Positions 16,845-24,000 of a DNA stretch of 24,000 nt are shown here, piece after piece. The position numbers and the translations under genes are program-made. The stretch is from Saccharolobus caldissimus (lineage in GTDB: Archaea; Thermoproteota; Thermoprotei_A; Sulfolobales; Sulfolobaceae): NCBI RefSeq assembly GCF_020886315.1, contig NZ_AP025226.1, positions 2,950,469 through 2,974,468 on the forward strand, given 5' to 3'. The notes beneath the pieces were generated by a model that was not told where the DNA came from, did no database searches, and saw only the letters and a list, made by a program, of their open reading frames with translations. How positions within the stretch are numbered: the stretch's first letter is position 1; each line of letters begins with the position of its first letter.

Positions 16845-17900
16845 ATGGATAGGATTAAGAAACTTCAAGAAGAACTTGAAAAAAATTACATAGATTATGT
16901 AATTATAGGTACTACGAGTAATATGCAATACTTGATAGGTTTTAATGAAGAACAAATGGAAAGACCTCTACTATTAATCATATCTAAGGACGATTTCAGC
17001 ATAATCGTACCTAAAATTTATGAGGAGCAGCTGAGAAATTATCCCATAAAAGTTTATGACGATAGTGAAGATCCTTACTCTAAAATTAATTTGAAAGAAA
17101 ATTCTCGCGTATTAATCGATGATAATATGTATTCATTATTTACTATAGAAATAATAAATAAGTTTAAACCTAAATCAATACAAAGAGCTTCCCTAATTAT
17201 GAGGAAATTAAGAGAGATTAAGGATGAAGAGGAAATCTCAAAAATGAGTCAGGGAGTAAGAATTGCCGAAAAATTGTTTTTAGATTTTTTAAATGAAATA
17301 AAAGAGGGGATGAGTGAGTGTGAGGCTGAGAGAAAATTAAAGAGTTATCTAATTCAGAATGCGGAGGGAATCTCATTTGAACCGATATTAACATCTGGGC
17401 CTAATACTTCAATGCCTCATTTAAAATGTACTAGCAGGAAAATTAGAAAGGGAGATGTAATAATCATAGATTATGGAATAAAATATAATGGCTATTCAAC
17501 TGATACCACCAGAGTAGTTTCAATAGGTAAACCAGAGGATAAGCTAGTTGAAAAGATACTTGAAATAGTTAGAAAGTCTAATGAGGAAGCCGAAAAATAT
17601 GCAAGGGAAGGTATAGAGGCTAGAGAAGTTGATAACATAGCAAGGAAGGTAATTAAAGAATCTGGATATGGAGAGTACTTCATTCATAGAACTGGCCATG
17701 GAATAGGCATAGACGTGCATGAAGATCCCTACATTTCTCCAAATAATACTGAGATATTAAGGAATAATATGGTATTTACTATAGAACCTGGAATATACTT
17801 ACCGAATAAGTTTGGAATACGAATTGAAGATGAGGTTCTAATAGAAAATGGAAGATCAAAAGTAATTAATTCTCTAGAAAAAGAGCTATTTATATTGTAA
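16845..17900 (+). CDS. pepQ: M24-family Xaa-Pro dipeptidase/aminopeptidase
   Basis: 351 aa. IDYG...DTTR, HRTGHGIGIDVHE, FTIEPGIY and IRIEDEV metal-ligand motifs. Confidence 0.85.
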   Translation: MDRIKKLQEELEKNYIDYVIIGTTSNMQYLIGFNEEQMERPLLLIISKDDFSIIVPKIYEEQLRNYPIKVYDDSEDPYSKINLKENSRVLIDDNMYSLFTIEIINKFKPKSIQRASLIMRKLREIKDEEEISKMSQGVRIAEKLFLDFLNEIKEGMSECEAERKLKSYLIQNAEGISFEPILTSGPNTSMPHLKCTSRKIRKGDVIIIDYGIKYNGYSTDTTRVVSIGKPEDKLVEKILEIVRKSNEEAEKYAREGIEAREVDNIARKVIKESGYGEYFIHRTGHGIGIDVHEDPYISPNNTEILRNNMVFTIEPGIYLPNKFGIRIEDEVLIENGRSKVINSLEKELFIL

Positions 17901-18052
17901 TTGGTATTTTTATTAAAAACTTTTTTGATTAATTTTATATTATTACTTATATATTACATTATTTAAAGGTTACCGTATAATATCTTGATGTTAAGGAAAG
18001 GCTAAGAAAAACACTTAAATATTTAGATATATCTTTTTCTAAGTGGTACAGT

Positions 18053-20956
18053 ATGAGGAGAGGATTAATTATATTATTACTTATAGTATTTTCAATTATT
18101 ACAAATTTGATGGTTTCTTCTGCAGTAGCGTACTTTCAAGGATATTCTACCACAATAGAGCCTATAGCGCCAGGTGAGATAGAAGTTCCAATTACCTTTC
18201 ATATAACTAATTTAGGACCTACAAATTTAACCGATATTACAATTTTTCCTACAAATACATATCCATTTTATGTATATAATTACTATAACTCAACTCAATA
18301 TATACATATTCCATTATGGACTATAGGAGAAACTATTAACGTTACGTTTCTATTTAATATTTCAGATACTGCTAAAAATGGTGTATATAGCGAAGGAATA
18401 GCGATTGAAGCTATTAACCAGTATGGAGAAAGCATTGATACTACAGTATTGGTAGAAGTTCCGATTTTAGGTTATGTTAATTTCTCAGCATCATCAATAT
18501 GGGGGACAACATCAAGTCCAATGGTAGTAGGACCAGGAGAAAATAACGTACCACTAACAATAATACTACAAAACTTAGGCAATACTTTAGTTAGTAATGT
18601 AACTTTAGAACTCCGATCTCAGTTTCCAGTTAAATTCTTACAGAGTAATGCAAGTATTTCTGCAATTGCTGCCGGATATTACGGAGAGACTACTGTAATG
18701 GCTTCTGTTTATCCAAATGCTACAGAAGGCTTATATTACATAAAACTGAAAGTAATTTATTATCATAATGCTACGCAATATGTGATAGTGCCAATAGATA
18801 TAGGATCCTCAAATCAAGTATCATTAGTAGATGCATGGGGAACTCCATCGGATCCTGAAGTAGCTGCTCCAGGAGCTACGTTATTACCATTAACCATATA
18901 TGTGAAGAATCTTGGTGAGAATTTGCTATCAAACGTAAGCCTAATACTACAGTCACACTACCCAATACAATTCCTACAAGAAAACGCATCAGTAGGATTT
19001 GTACCAGCAGGAGGATACAACTACGTAACAGTAATAGCAAACATATACAAGAATGTTACGCCAGGAGTGTACTACATTCCAGTCACTTTAATTGCTTATA
19101 ACGGCTTTAAACAAACATTTACAATGCCAGTATATATTCTAGGTTATGTTAATTTCTCAGCATCATCAATATGGGGGACAACATCAAGTCCAATGGTAGT
19201 AGGACCAGGAGAAAATAACGTACCACTAACAATAATACTACAAAATGCTGGTACTGCAACTGTTACTAATGCAACTGTAGTGTTTAATTCTCAATATCCA
19301 GTAGAATTTTTACAGAAAAACTTAACTATAGGAAATATACCCCCTGGATATCCAGTAACTATTACAGTACTAGCTAACGTCTATCCTAATATAACAACTG
19401 AAGGTGTTTACTATGTACCAATTAAAATAATATACTATAGCGGAGTTGTACAGTATGTTAAGCTCCCAATATATATACAATCTACAAATCAGATTTCATT
19501 AGAAGGAATATGGGGATCATTATCTAATCCAATCTTAGTAGCTGCAGGAGAAAATAACATACCACTGACAATTTTAGTGAAGAATCTTGGTGAGAATTTG
19601 CTATCAAACGTAAGCCTAATACTACAGTCACACTACCCAATACAATTCCTACAAGAAAACGCATCAGTAGGATTTGTACCAGCAGGAGGATACAACTACG
19701 TAACAGTAATAGCAAACGTATATCCTAATGCAACACCAGGAGTGTACTACATACCAGTTACTTTACTAGCGTATAATGGATTTAAGGAAACAGTAATGAT
19801 GACAGTCGAAATATTAGGTTATATAACTTTACAGCCACAAACGCTTTGGGGAAGCATTAATTCCCCAATAACTGTATCTCCTGGAGAAACTCAAGTACCG
19901 TTAACAATCTTGCTTAGAAATACTGGAGACGTAAACGTTCTTAATGTCACACTAAGCTTTAAACAAACTGAATACCCATTAATTTTCCATCAAACTACAG
20001 CTCAGATAGGTATAATACCGGCTGGTGAAGAAAACTATGCCACACTTACTGTAAGCGTATATCCTAATGCAACACCAGGAGTGTACTACATACCAGCAAC
20101 ATTATATTATTTTAACCATAAGTATACAATAACTATCCCTATAACAATCTACTCTCCTAATATATCAATTAACGTAATAACCATTCCTCCGCAGGTATTC
20201 CCTAGTTATTACGATGTTAGATTAATGGCTATATTGACTAATTATGGAAGCGGAATCGCTGAAAACGCTAATATTTCAATAAGTTCTCCATTTGAAGTAA
20301 TCTCTTCTCCTATTATTCACATAGGTGCAATACCAGTGGGAAAACCGATTAACGTAACATTCCTCATAAATGTACTTAACGAGACCTTGCCTAAGACATA
20401 CATAATAAACTTTACAGTAACTTACGATGGAGGTAAGATTACTTATGAGTACCCATTAAATATATATCCTAAAGCAAATTTGATCGTCGTCTCAGTTTAC
20501 TATCCAACTTTAAATGCTGGCGACACGAAAGTACCAATAACTATAACTCTTAAGAATACTGGAAATGCCACTGCAAAAAACGTTTTAGTAAGGTTAGGTA
20601 CTTCGGATGTAATATATCCCCATGTGAGTTCATCTAATCCATTACAAGCATTAACTGCATCAGAAGTATTTGCAGGTGATATTCCACCGGGAGGAGAAAT
20701 AAACATTACATTTGTTGTAGATATTAGTGGTGGTGCTTCACCAGGTACTTATCCTTTAGCAATAGCACTGGTTTGGAATCAGACAGGGGCCTTATTCCCA
20801 TTTGAGCAATCTGACACATTTTACGTTACAATTTCACCTCCATTTTACGCTCAATTGTTTAAATCTCCAGAAGGATTTGCAGTAATAGTTGCAGTAATTA
20901 TAATTATAATTGTTGCAATAGTTATATTTCTTAGAGTAAGACATAAAAGGAAATAG
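18053..20956 (+). CDS. Large membrane-anchored surface protein built from about 8 tandem CARDB/COG1361-like beta-sandwich domains
   Basis: 967 aa. N-terminal signal/anchor (LIILLLIVFSIITNLMVSSAVA) and a C-terminal TM helix plus basic tail (VIVAVIIIIIVAIVIFLRVRHKRK). A module of about 112 aa repeats: WG..S.P..V.PGE..VPLTI.L.N.G...L.NV.L......P..F......G.IPAG......V.VYPNATPGVYYIP. It carries very many N-x-S/T sequons. Confidence 0.8.
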   Translation: MRRGLIILLLIVFSIITNLMVSSAVAYFQGYSTTIEPIAPGEIEVPITFHITNLGPTNLTDITIFPTNTYPFYVYNYYNSTQYIHIPLWTIGETINVTFLFNISDTAKNGVYSEGIAIEAINQYGESIDTTVLVEVPILGYVNFSASSIWGTTSSPMVVGPGENNVPLTIILQNLGNTLVSNVTLELRSQFPVKFLQSNASISAIAAGYYGETTVMASVYPNATEGLYYIKLKVIYYHNATQYVIVPIDIGSSNQVSLVDAWGTPSDPEVAAPGATLLPLTIYVKNLGENLLSNVSLILQSHYPIQFLQENASVGFVPAGGYNYVTVIANIYKNVTPGVYYIPVTLIAYNGFKQTFTMPVYILGYVNFSASSIWGTTSSPMVVGPGENNVPLTIILQNAGTATVTNATVVFNSQYPVEFLQKNLTIGNIPPGYPVTITVLANVYPNITTEGVYYVPIKIIYYSGVVQYVKLPIYIQSTNQISLEGIWGSLSNPILVAAGENNIPLTILVKNLGENLLSNVSLILQSHYPIQFLQENASVGFVPAGGYNYVTVIANVYPNATPGVYYIPVTLLAYNGFKETVMMTVEILGYITLQPQTLWGSINSPITVSPGETQVPLTILLRNTGDVNVLNVTLSFKQTEYPLIFHQTTAQIGIIPAGEENYATLTVSVYPNATPGVYYIPATLYYFNHKYTITIPITIYSPNISINVITIPPQVFPSYYDVRLMAILTNYGSGIAENANISISSPFEVISSPIIHIGAIPVGKPINVTFLINVLNETLPKTYIINFTVTYDGGKITYEYPLNIYPKANLIVVSVYYPTLNAGDTKVPITITLKNTGNATAKNVLVRLGTSDVIYPHVSSSNPLQALTASEVFAGDIPPGGEINITFVVDISGGASPGTYPLAIALVWNQTGALFPFEQSDTFYVTISPPFYAQLFKSPEGFAVIVAVIIIIIVAIVIFLRVRHKRK
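18468..20096 (+). repeat. Intragenic perfect repeats within the surface-protein gene
   Basis: Read directly. 18468-18573 equals 19140-19245 (106 bp, offset 672). 18902-19042 equals 19577-19717 (141 bp, offset 675). 19717-19757 equals 20056-20096 (41 bp, offset 339). All offsets are multiples of 3, and the sequence flanking each patch is clearly diverged. Confidence 0.9.
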
Positions 20957-20971
20957 AATCATTTTTTATTA

Positions 20972-21130
20972 ATGATAAGATCGCTTATACTTTTATCCTT
21001 GTTTTTTAAGCCAATCTACTCAGAACTCTCACTACTATTTTCTATACTTATAATATTTTTAATTGTATCTTTAACATTAATTTCAGTATTAATTAGATTA
21101 ATTAAAGGATTTTTAATGGTGAGAAAATGA
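20972..21130 (+). CDS. Possible 52-aa hydrophobic micro-protein (below the ORF-track cutoff)
   Basis: ATG at 20972 gives MIRSLILLSLFFKPIYSELSLLFSILIIFLIVSLTLISVLIRLIKGFLMVRK. The stop TGA overlaps the ATG of the M20 peptidase (ATGA). There are two hydrophobic stretches and no homology evidence. Confidence 0.25.
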   Translation: MIRSLILLSLFFKPIYSELSLLFSILIIFLIVSLTLISVLIRLIKGFLMVRK

Positions 21131-22281
21131 AAGAGATAATTGAGCTAACATCAGAATTAGTAAAAATACCAAGTATAAGTGGAGATAATCAAAACGAGAT
21201 AACTAAGTTTATCAAAGAATGGCTTGAACGTAATGCTGGTGTTAAACCTAATATTGCAGAGTTAGATAAAAATTGGTATACTATTATTGCGGAAAAAGGA
21301 GAAGGAAAAAATGTAATTATGTTAAATGGACATTATGACGTTGTTCCTCCTGGGGATAAATCAAAATGGAACGTAGATCCATTTAGCGGTACTATTAAGG
21401 ACAAAATGATAATAGGAAGAGGTTCAACGGATATGAAGGGAGGACTTGCAGTATTAATGAAAATCTTCTCTGAAGTTGAGCCCAAAAATTATAAGTTAGT
21501 TTTCACTGCAGTACCTGATGAAGAAATTGGTGGTCTTCACGGATCATTTATTTTAGCTCAGAAATACACGCCAAACTTAGTGATAATTGGAGAGCCATCT
21601 GGGTCTACTAATATAACATTGGCAGAGAAAGGGTTATTTCAAATTAAATTAAAAGGATATGGGAAGGTAGCTCATGGAAGTTTACCATCATTAGGTGAAA
21701 ATGCAATACTTAAGGTATTTAGAGATTTGCAGAGAATATCTGATAGTTTAAATAAATTTAAAATTGATCTCCCATCTGATTTAAAGGATATTATAGAAGA
21801 TACTAAAGAATTATATAAATTTCCAGAAGTATTTTCAATTTCATTTAATCCATCAGTTATAAGAGGAGGCGTGAAAACTAATGTCGTACCAGACTACTGT
21901 GAATTAGAAATTGACATGAGAGTTCCGCCCGGTGTTAAAATTAGTGAATTGCTAGAATTCTTTAAAGGAGTTATTATGGAAACAAAATTGGAACCCATAG
22001 ACTTATCTGAGCCTAATTATACGTCTCCTAATAATATCTACGTTAGATTGTTCGAGAGATCTCTAATAGAAACATTAGGAATCAAGCCTAAAAAGATAAT
22101 GATAACTGGGGCTACTGATGGACGGTTCTTCAGATACAAAAATATACCGGTAATAGTCTATGGTCCAGGAGAATTAGGAGTAGCTCATAGTTATAATGAG
22201 TTTGTGAGTTTCGATGAGCTTGAAAGAAGTTATAAAGTGCTAAAGAATTTCTTTACTCAATATGATCTTGGAAATACTTAA
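21127..22281 (+). CDS. M20-family metallopeptidase/deacylase (ArgE/DapE/LysK-like)
   Basis: 384 aa. LNGHYDVVPPG, GRGSTDMKGG, PDEEIGG, GEPS and a C-terminal GATDGRF motif. Confidence 0.85.
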   Translation: MKEIIELTSELVKIPSISGDNQNEITKFIKEWLERNAGVKPNIAELDKNWYTIIAEKGEGKNVIMLNGHYDVVPPGDKSKWNVDPFSGTIKDKMIIGRGSTDMKGGLAVLMKIFSEVEPKNYKLVFTAVPDEEIGGLHGSFILAQKYTPNLVIIGEPSGSTNITLAEKGLFQIKLKGYGKVAHGSLPSLGENAILKVFRDLQRISDSLNKFKIDLPSDLKDIIEDTKELYKFPEVFSISFNPSVIRGGVKTNVVPDYCELEIDMRVPPGVKISELLEFFKGVIMETKLEPIDLSEPNYTSPNNIYVRLFERSLIETLGIKPKKIMITGATDGRFFRYKNIPVIVYGPGELGVAHSYNEFVSFDELERSYKVLKNFFTQYDLGNT

Positions 22282-22870
22282 CATAATAGGAGTTATTGCA
22301 TTTACAATATCTGGATCGCTTAAAGGAATTAATAAAGGATTAGATCTCTTCGGAGTTATAATACTGGGCATGATTACAAGTTATGCTGGTGGGATAATTG
22401 CAGATATACTGCTAGGAATTTTCCCACCGAAAATACTCACAGAGTGGAATTTTCTTTTATTAACTATATTAGTCTCAATATTTGTATTCTATTTCCATAG
22501 AATATTTGAAATAAAAGAATTTAGAAGAATATTGCTAATAAGTGATGCAATCGGACTTTCCACATTCTCGTCGTTGGGTGCCTCATTAGCTTATTCTCAT
22601 AGTATGAATGTAATTTCAGTGGGGTTAATTGCCGCAATAGTAGGAACTGGAGGTGGTGTAATGAGAGATATGTTAGTCAACGAAATCCCTTTAATTTTAA
22701 CTAGAGAAATCTACGCTACTGCAGCGCTAAGTGGTGGGTTAATTTACTATTTTGCATATCCTTATGTTCATGAAATGGCTAGCTTTCTATCATTAGTATC
22801 TGTACTCATAATTAGATTGTTAGCGATAAAGTATAATTTACATTTACCTAAGCAATCATTTACAAATTAA
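22262..22870 (+). CDS. TRIC-type cation channel family protein (UPF0126/YadS-like)
   Basis: 202 aa with two internal repeats of 3 TM helices each. The glycine motifs are YAGGIIADILLG and GTGGGVMRDML. It overlaps the M20 gene 3' end by 20 nt. Confidence 0.8.
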   Translation: MILEILNIIGVIAFTISGSLKGINKGLDLFGVIILGMITSYAGGIIADILLGIFPPKILTEWNFLLLTILVSIFVFYFHRIFEIKEFRRILLISDAIGLSTFSSLGASLAYSHSMNVISVGLIAAIVGTGGGVMRDMLVNEIPLILTREIYATAALSGGLIYYFAYPYVHEMASFLSLVSVLIIRLLAIKYNLHLPKQSFTN

Positions 22871-22871
22871 G

Positions 22872-23054
22872 TTATTCCTTTTTTATATAGTAAAAATACC
22901 TTCCTCTTCTACCCACTTTATTTTCCTTAATTAGCTCAGTTAACGCTGAATATACTGCAGGTGCTGGGTAAGGTAGGTACTTTAATAGGTCATTAAATGT
23001 TATCCACTCCCTATCTCTTAATATTTTTTCTACAGACTGTTTTACATCTTCCAT
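22872..23054 (-). CDS. 60-aa winged-helix protein
   Basis: WITFNDLLKYLPYPAPAVYSALTELIKENKVGRRGRYFYYI reads as helix-turn-helix plus a beta-hairpin wing. It is convergent with the TRIC gene (1-nt gap) and divergent from the 23157 ORF. Confidence 0.5.
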   Translation of the reverse strand: MEDVKQSVEKILRDREWITFNDLLKYLPYPAPAVYSALTELIKENKVGRRGRYFYYIKKE

Positions 23055-23156
23055 TATATTATATTATAGAGCATTGTAAAATAAGTTTTTGTGTTAAATA
23101 GGTTCTAATATAAATCGAAATAACTTTATATTCTAAATGTTAGTGTAGCAATTGCA

Positions 23157-23750
23157 TTGCTACTATACTTTAAGCCCGTTAAAAAAGAAAAAGATGTGAA
23201 TATTGCTTTAGAAATAGCTTCAGAACTTTTCGCATCGAGATTAGGAAGAATATTAAATTTGCCAATTTTAGAAATATCTCTTATCAAATTTGAAGGAACA
23301 CAAGGGCTTTTAATGGAATACCTCCCTGAAAAGGCATCAGAAAAAGTGACTAATATAAAGGATATCAAAAGGAGTTTAGCTTTTGAAGAATGGATACTAA
23401 ATATAGACTTAAAAGAAGAGCATGTGTTATCTAAAGATAATAAGGGATATATAATTGATCACGGTCATGCCTTAACAGCTTGGAAACCCTTATATTATAT
23501 AGTTCAGATTATCGATAAGAGAGTAACTAGATTTAATCTGTGGGCTAACGAAGAGGACTTCAGTGAAGGTTTAGAATTAATTAAGTCATTAGATTTTAAT
23601 ATAATAAGAAATGTACTTAATGAAAGTTTCAATGACGTTTTAGAGGCTAATTTTTGCAAATTATTTACAAAACAAGTAGCAAATGAATATTTAGAATTTA
23701 GCTTAAAAATATTAGAAAAAAGATTAAAAATACTAAATAGTACTAACTAG
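23157..23750 (+). CDS. Minimal protein-kinase-like protein (lacks Gly-rich loop), unknown function
   Basis: 197 aa, TTG start. The frame opens only at 23124, so there is no room for a longer N-terminus. FKPVKK (beta3-Lys-like), ALEIASELFASRLG (alphaC-like), LLMEYLP (hinge-like), NIDLKEEHVL (compare ePK DLKPENIL) and YIIDHGHA (compare DFG) appear in canonical order. Confidence 0.45.
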   Translation: MLLYFKPVKKEKDVNIALEIASELFASRLGRILNLPILEISLIKFEGTQGLLMEYLPEKASEKVTNIKDIKRSLAFEEWILNIDLKEEHVLSKDNKGYIIDHGHALTAWKPLYYIVQIIDKRVTRFNLWANEEDFSEGLELIKSLDFNIIRNVLNESFNDVLEANFCKLFTKQVANEYLEFSLKILEKRLKILNSTN

Positions 23751-23751
23751 A

Positions 23752-24000
23752 TTATTTACCTATTATAAGAGGTAATAAAAATATTGCGAACATTAGATTA
23801 AAGAAGACAATTGCAGTAATAATTGTATATAATTTATTCTTTTCTCTAGCAAATTGTATAATTCCTAATAATACTCTAGCTACGGGAGTTGCTATTAAAA
23901 TCATTAACCCTAGGTATATATAATCCAAGGCATAAGGTTTTGGTAACCCGCTGAATATTTCATTTGGCTTAAAAATAGAGCTATTAACAATAGAGTTAGG
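23752..24000 (-). CDS. DUF1634-like membrane protein, C-terminal part; 5' end outside window
   Basis: The minus strand is open from the window edge: ...LDYIYLGLMILIATPVARVLLGIIQFAREKNKLYTIITAIVFFNLMFAIFLLPLIIGK*, with the stop complement at 23752-23754. The pattern matches my recollection of DUF1634. It is absent from the ORF track because it is truncated. Confidence 0.5.
   Translation of the reverse strand, partial: PNSIVNSSIFKPNEIFSGLPKPYALDYIYLGLMILIATPVARVLLGIIQFAREKNKLYTIITAIVFFNLMFAIFLLPLIIGK

Noticed and set aside
18468-20096. Periodic identical repeats (about 672-bp spacing) that might suggest a CRISPR-like or satellite array
   Set aside because: The repeats lie in-frame inside one long ORF and correspond to protein-domain repeats. 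The repeat and spacer sizes are wrong for CRISPR, and there is no leader or cas genes.
392-23368. Antisense 'shadow' ORFs in the track: 392-598, 5992-6216, 6438-6650, 7268-7468, 9460-9669, 11009-11194, 11717-12142, 14515-14886, 17492-17683, 19524-19715, 20500-20706, 23126-23368 (all minus strand)
   Set aside because: Each lies fully or largely inside a longer opposite-strand ORF that has clear family motifs. Their translations are Ser/Ile/Leu-rich and show no motifs. This is typical of antisense frames in AT-rich genomes.

Overview
AT-rich crenarchaeal chromosome segment. Gene content and style point to a Sulfolobaceae (Saccharolobus/Sulfolobus-type) genome: UPF0282, PaREP1, ThiDN, a solo Cas4, a sequon-rich surface protein, GAGGT-type ribosome-binding sites on operon-internal genes, and many overlapping stop/start codons. 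The window is mostly tightly packed housekeeping and metabolic genes, about 30 CDS. These include a CoxL-type molybdoenzyme tail, a PUA protein, two GT2 glycosyltransferases, an ornithine-cyclodeaminase/aminotransferase pair, a VIT1 transporter, ThiDN, ribokinase, HDAC-like deacetylase, M24 and M20 peptidases, and a TRIC channel. There is one structured RNA gene: an RNase P RNA on the minus strand, hidden under a spurious 61-aa ORF in the track. I see no CRISPR array, no cas1/cas2, no ATPase/helicase-type defence genes and no bounded mobile element, so I cannot support a multi-gene novel system here. The items most worth a second look are: (1) an intact, very small (282 aa) TnpB/Cas12-like RuvC nuclease with no transposase partner, lying convergent to and abutting the RNase P RNA gene; (2) a three-copy 8-mer in the gap between them that can form mutually exclusive hairpins; (3) a 967-aa, eight-domain surface protein carrying 41-141 bp patches of perfect nucleotide identity between otherwise diverged domains; (4) an APC permease pseudogene whose two halves lie on opposite strands, with a frame-breaking 8-bp tandem duplication; (5) a solo Cas4 nuclease translationally coupled to a membrane processive glycosyltransferase; (6) a minimal protein-kinase-like ORF divergent from a 60-aa winged-helix gene. 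All family assignments come from reading motifs by eye, since no searches were possible.
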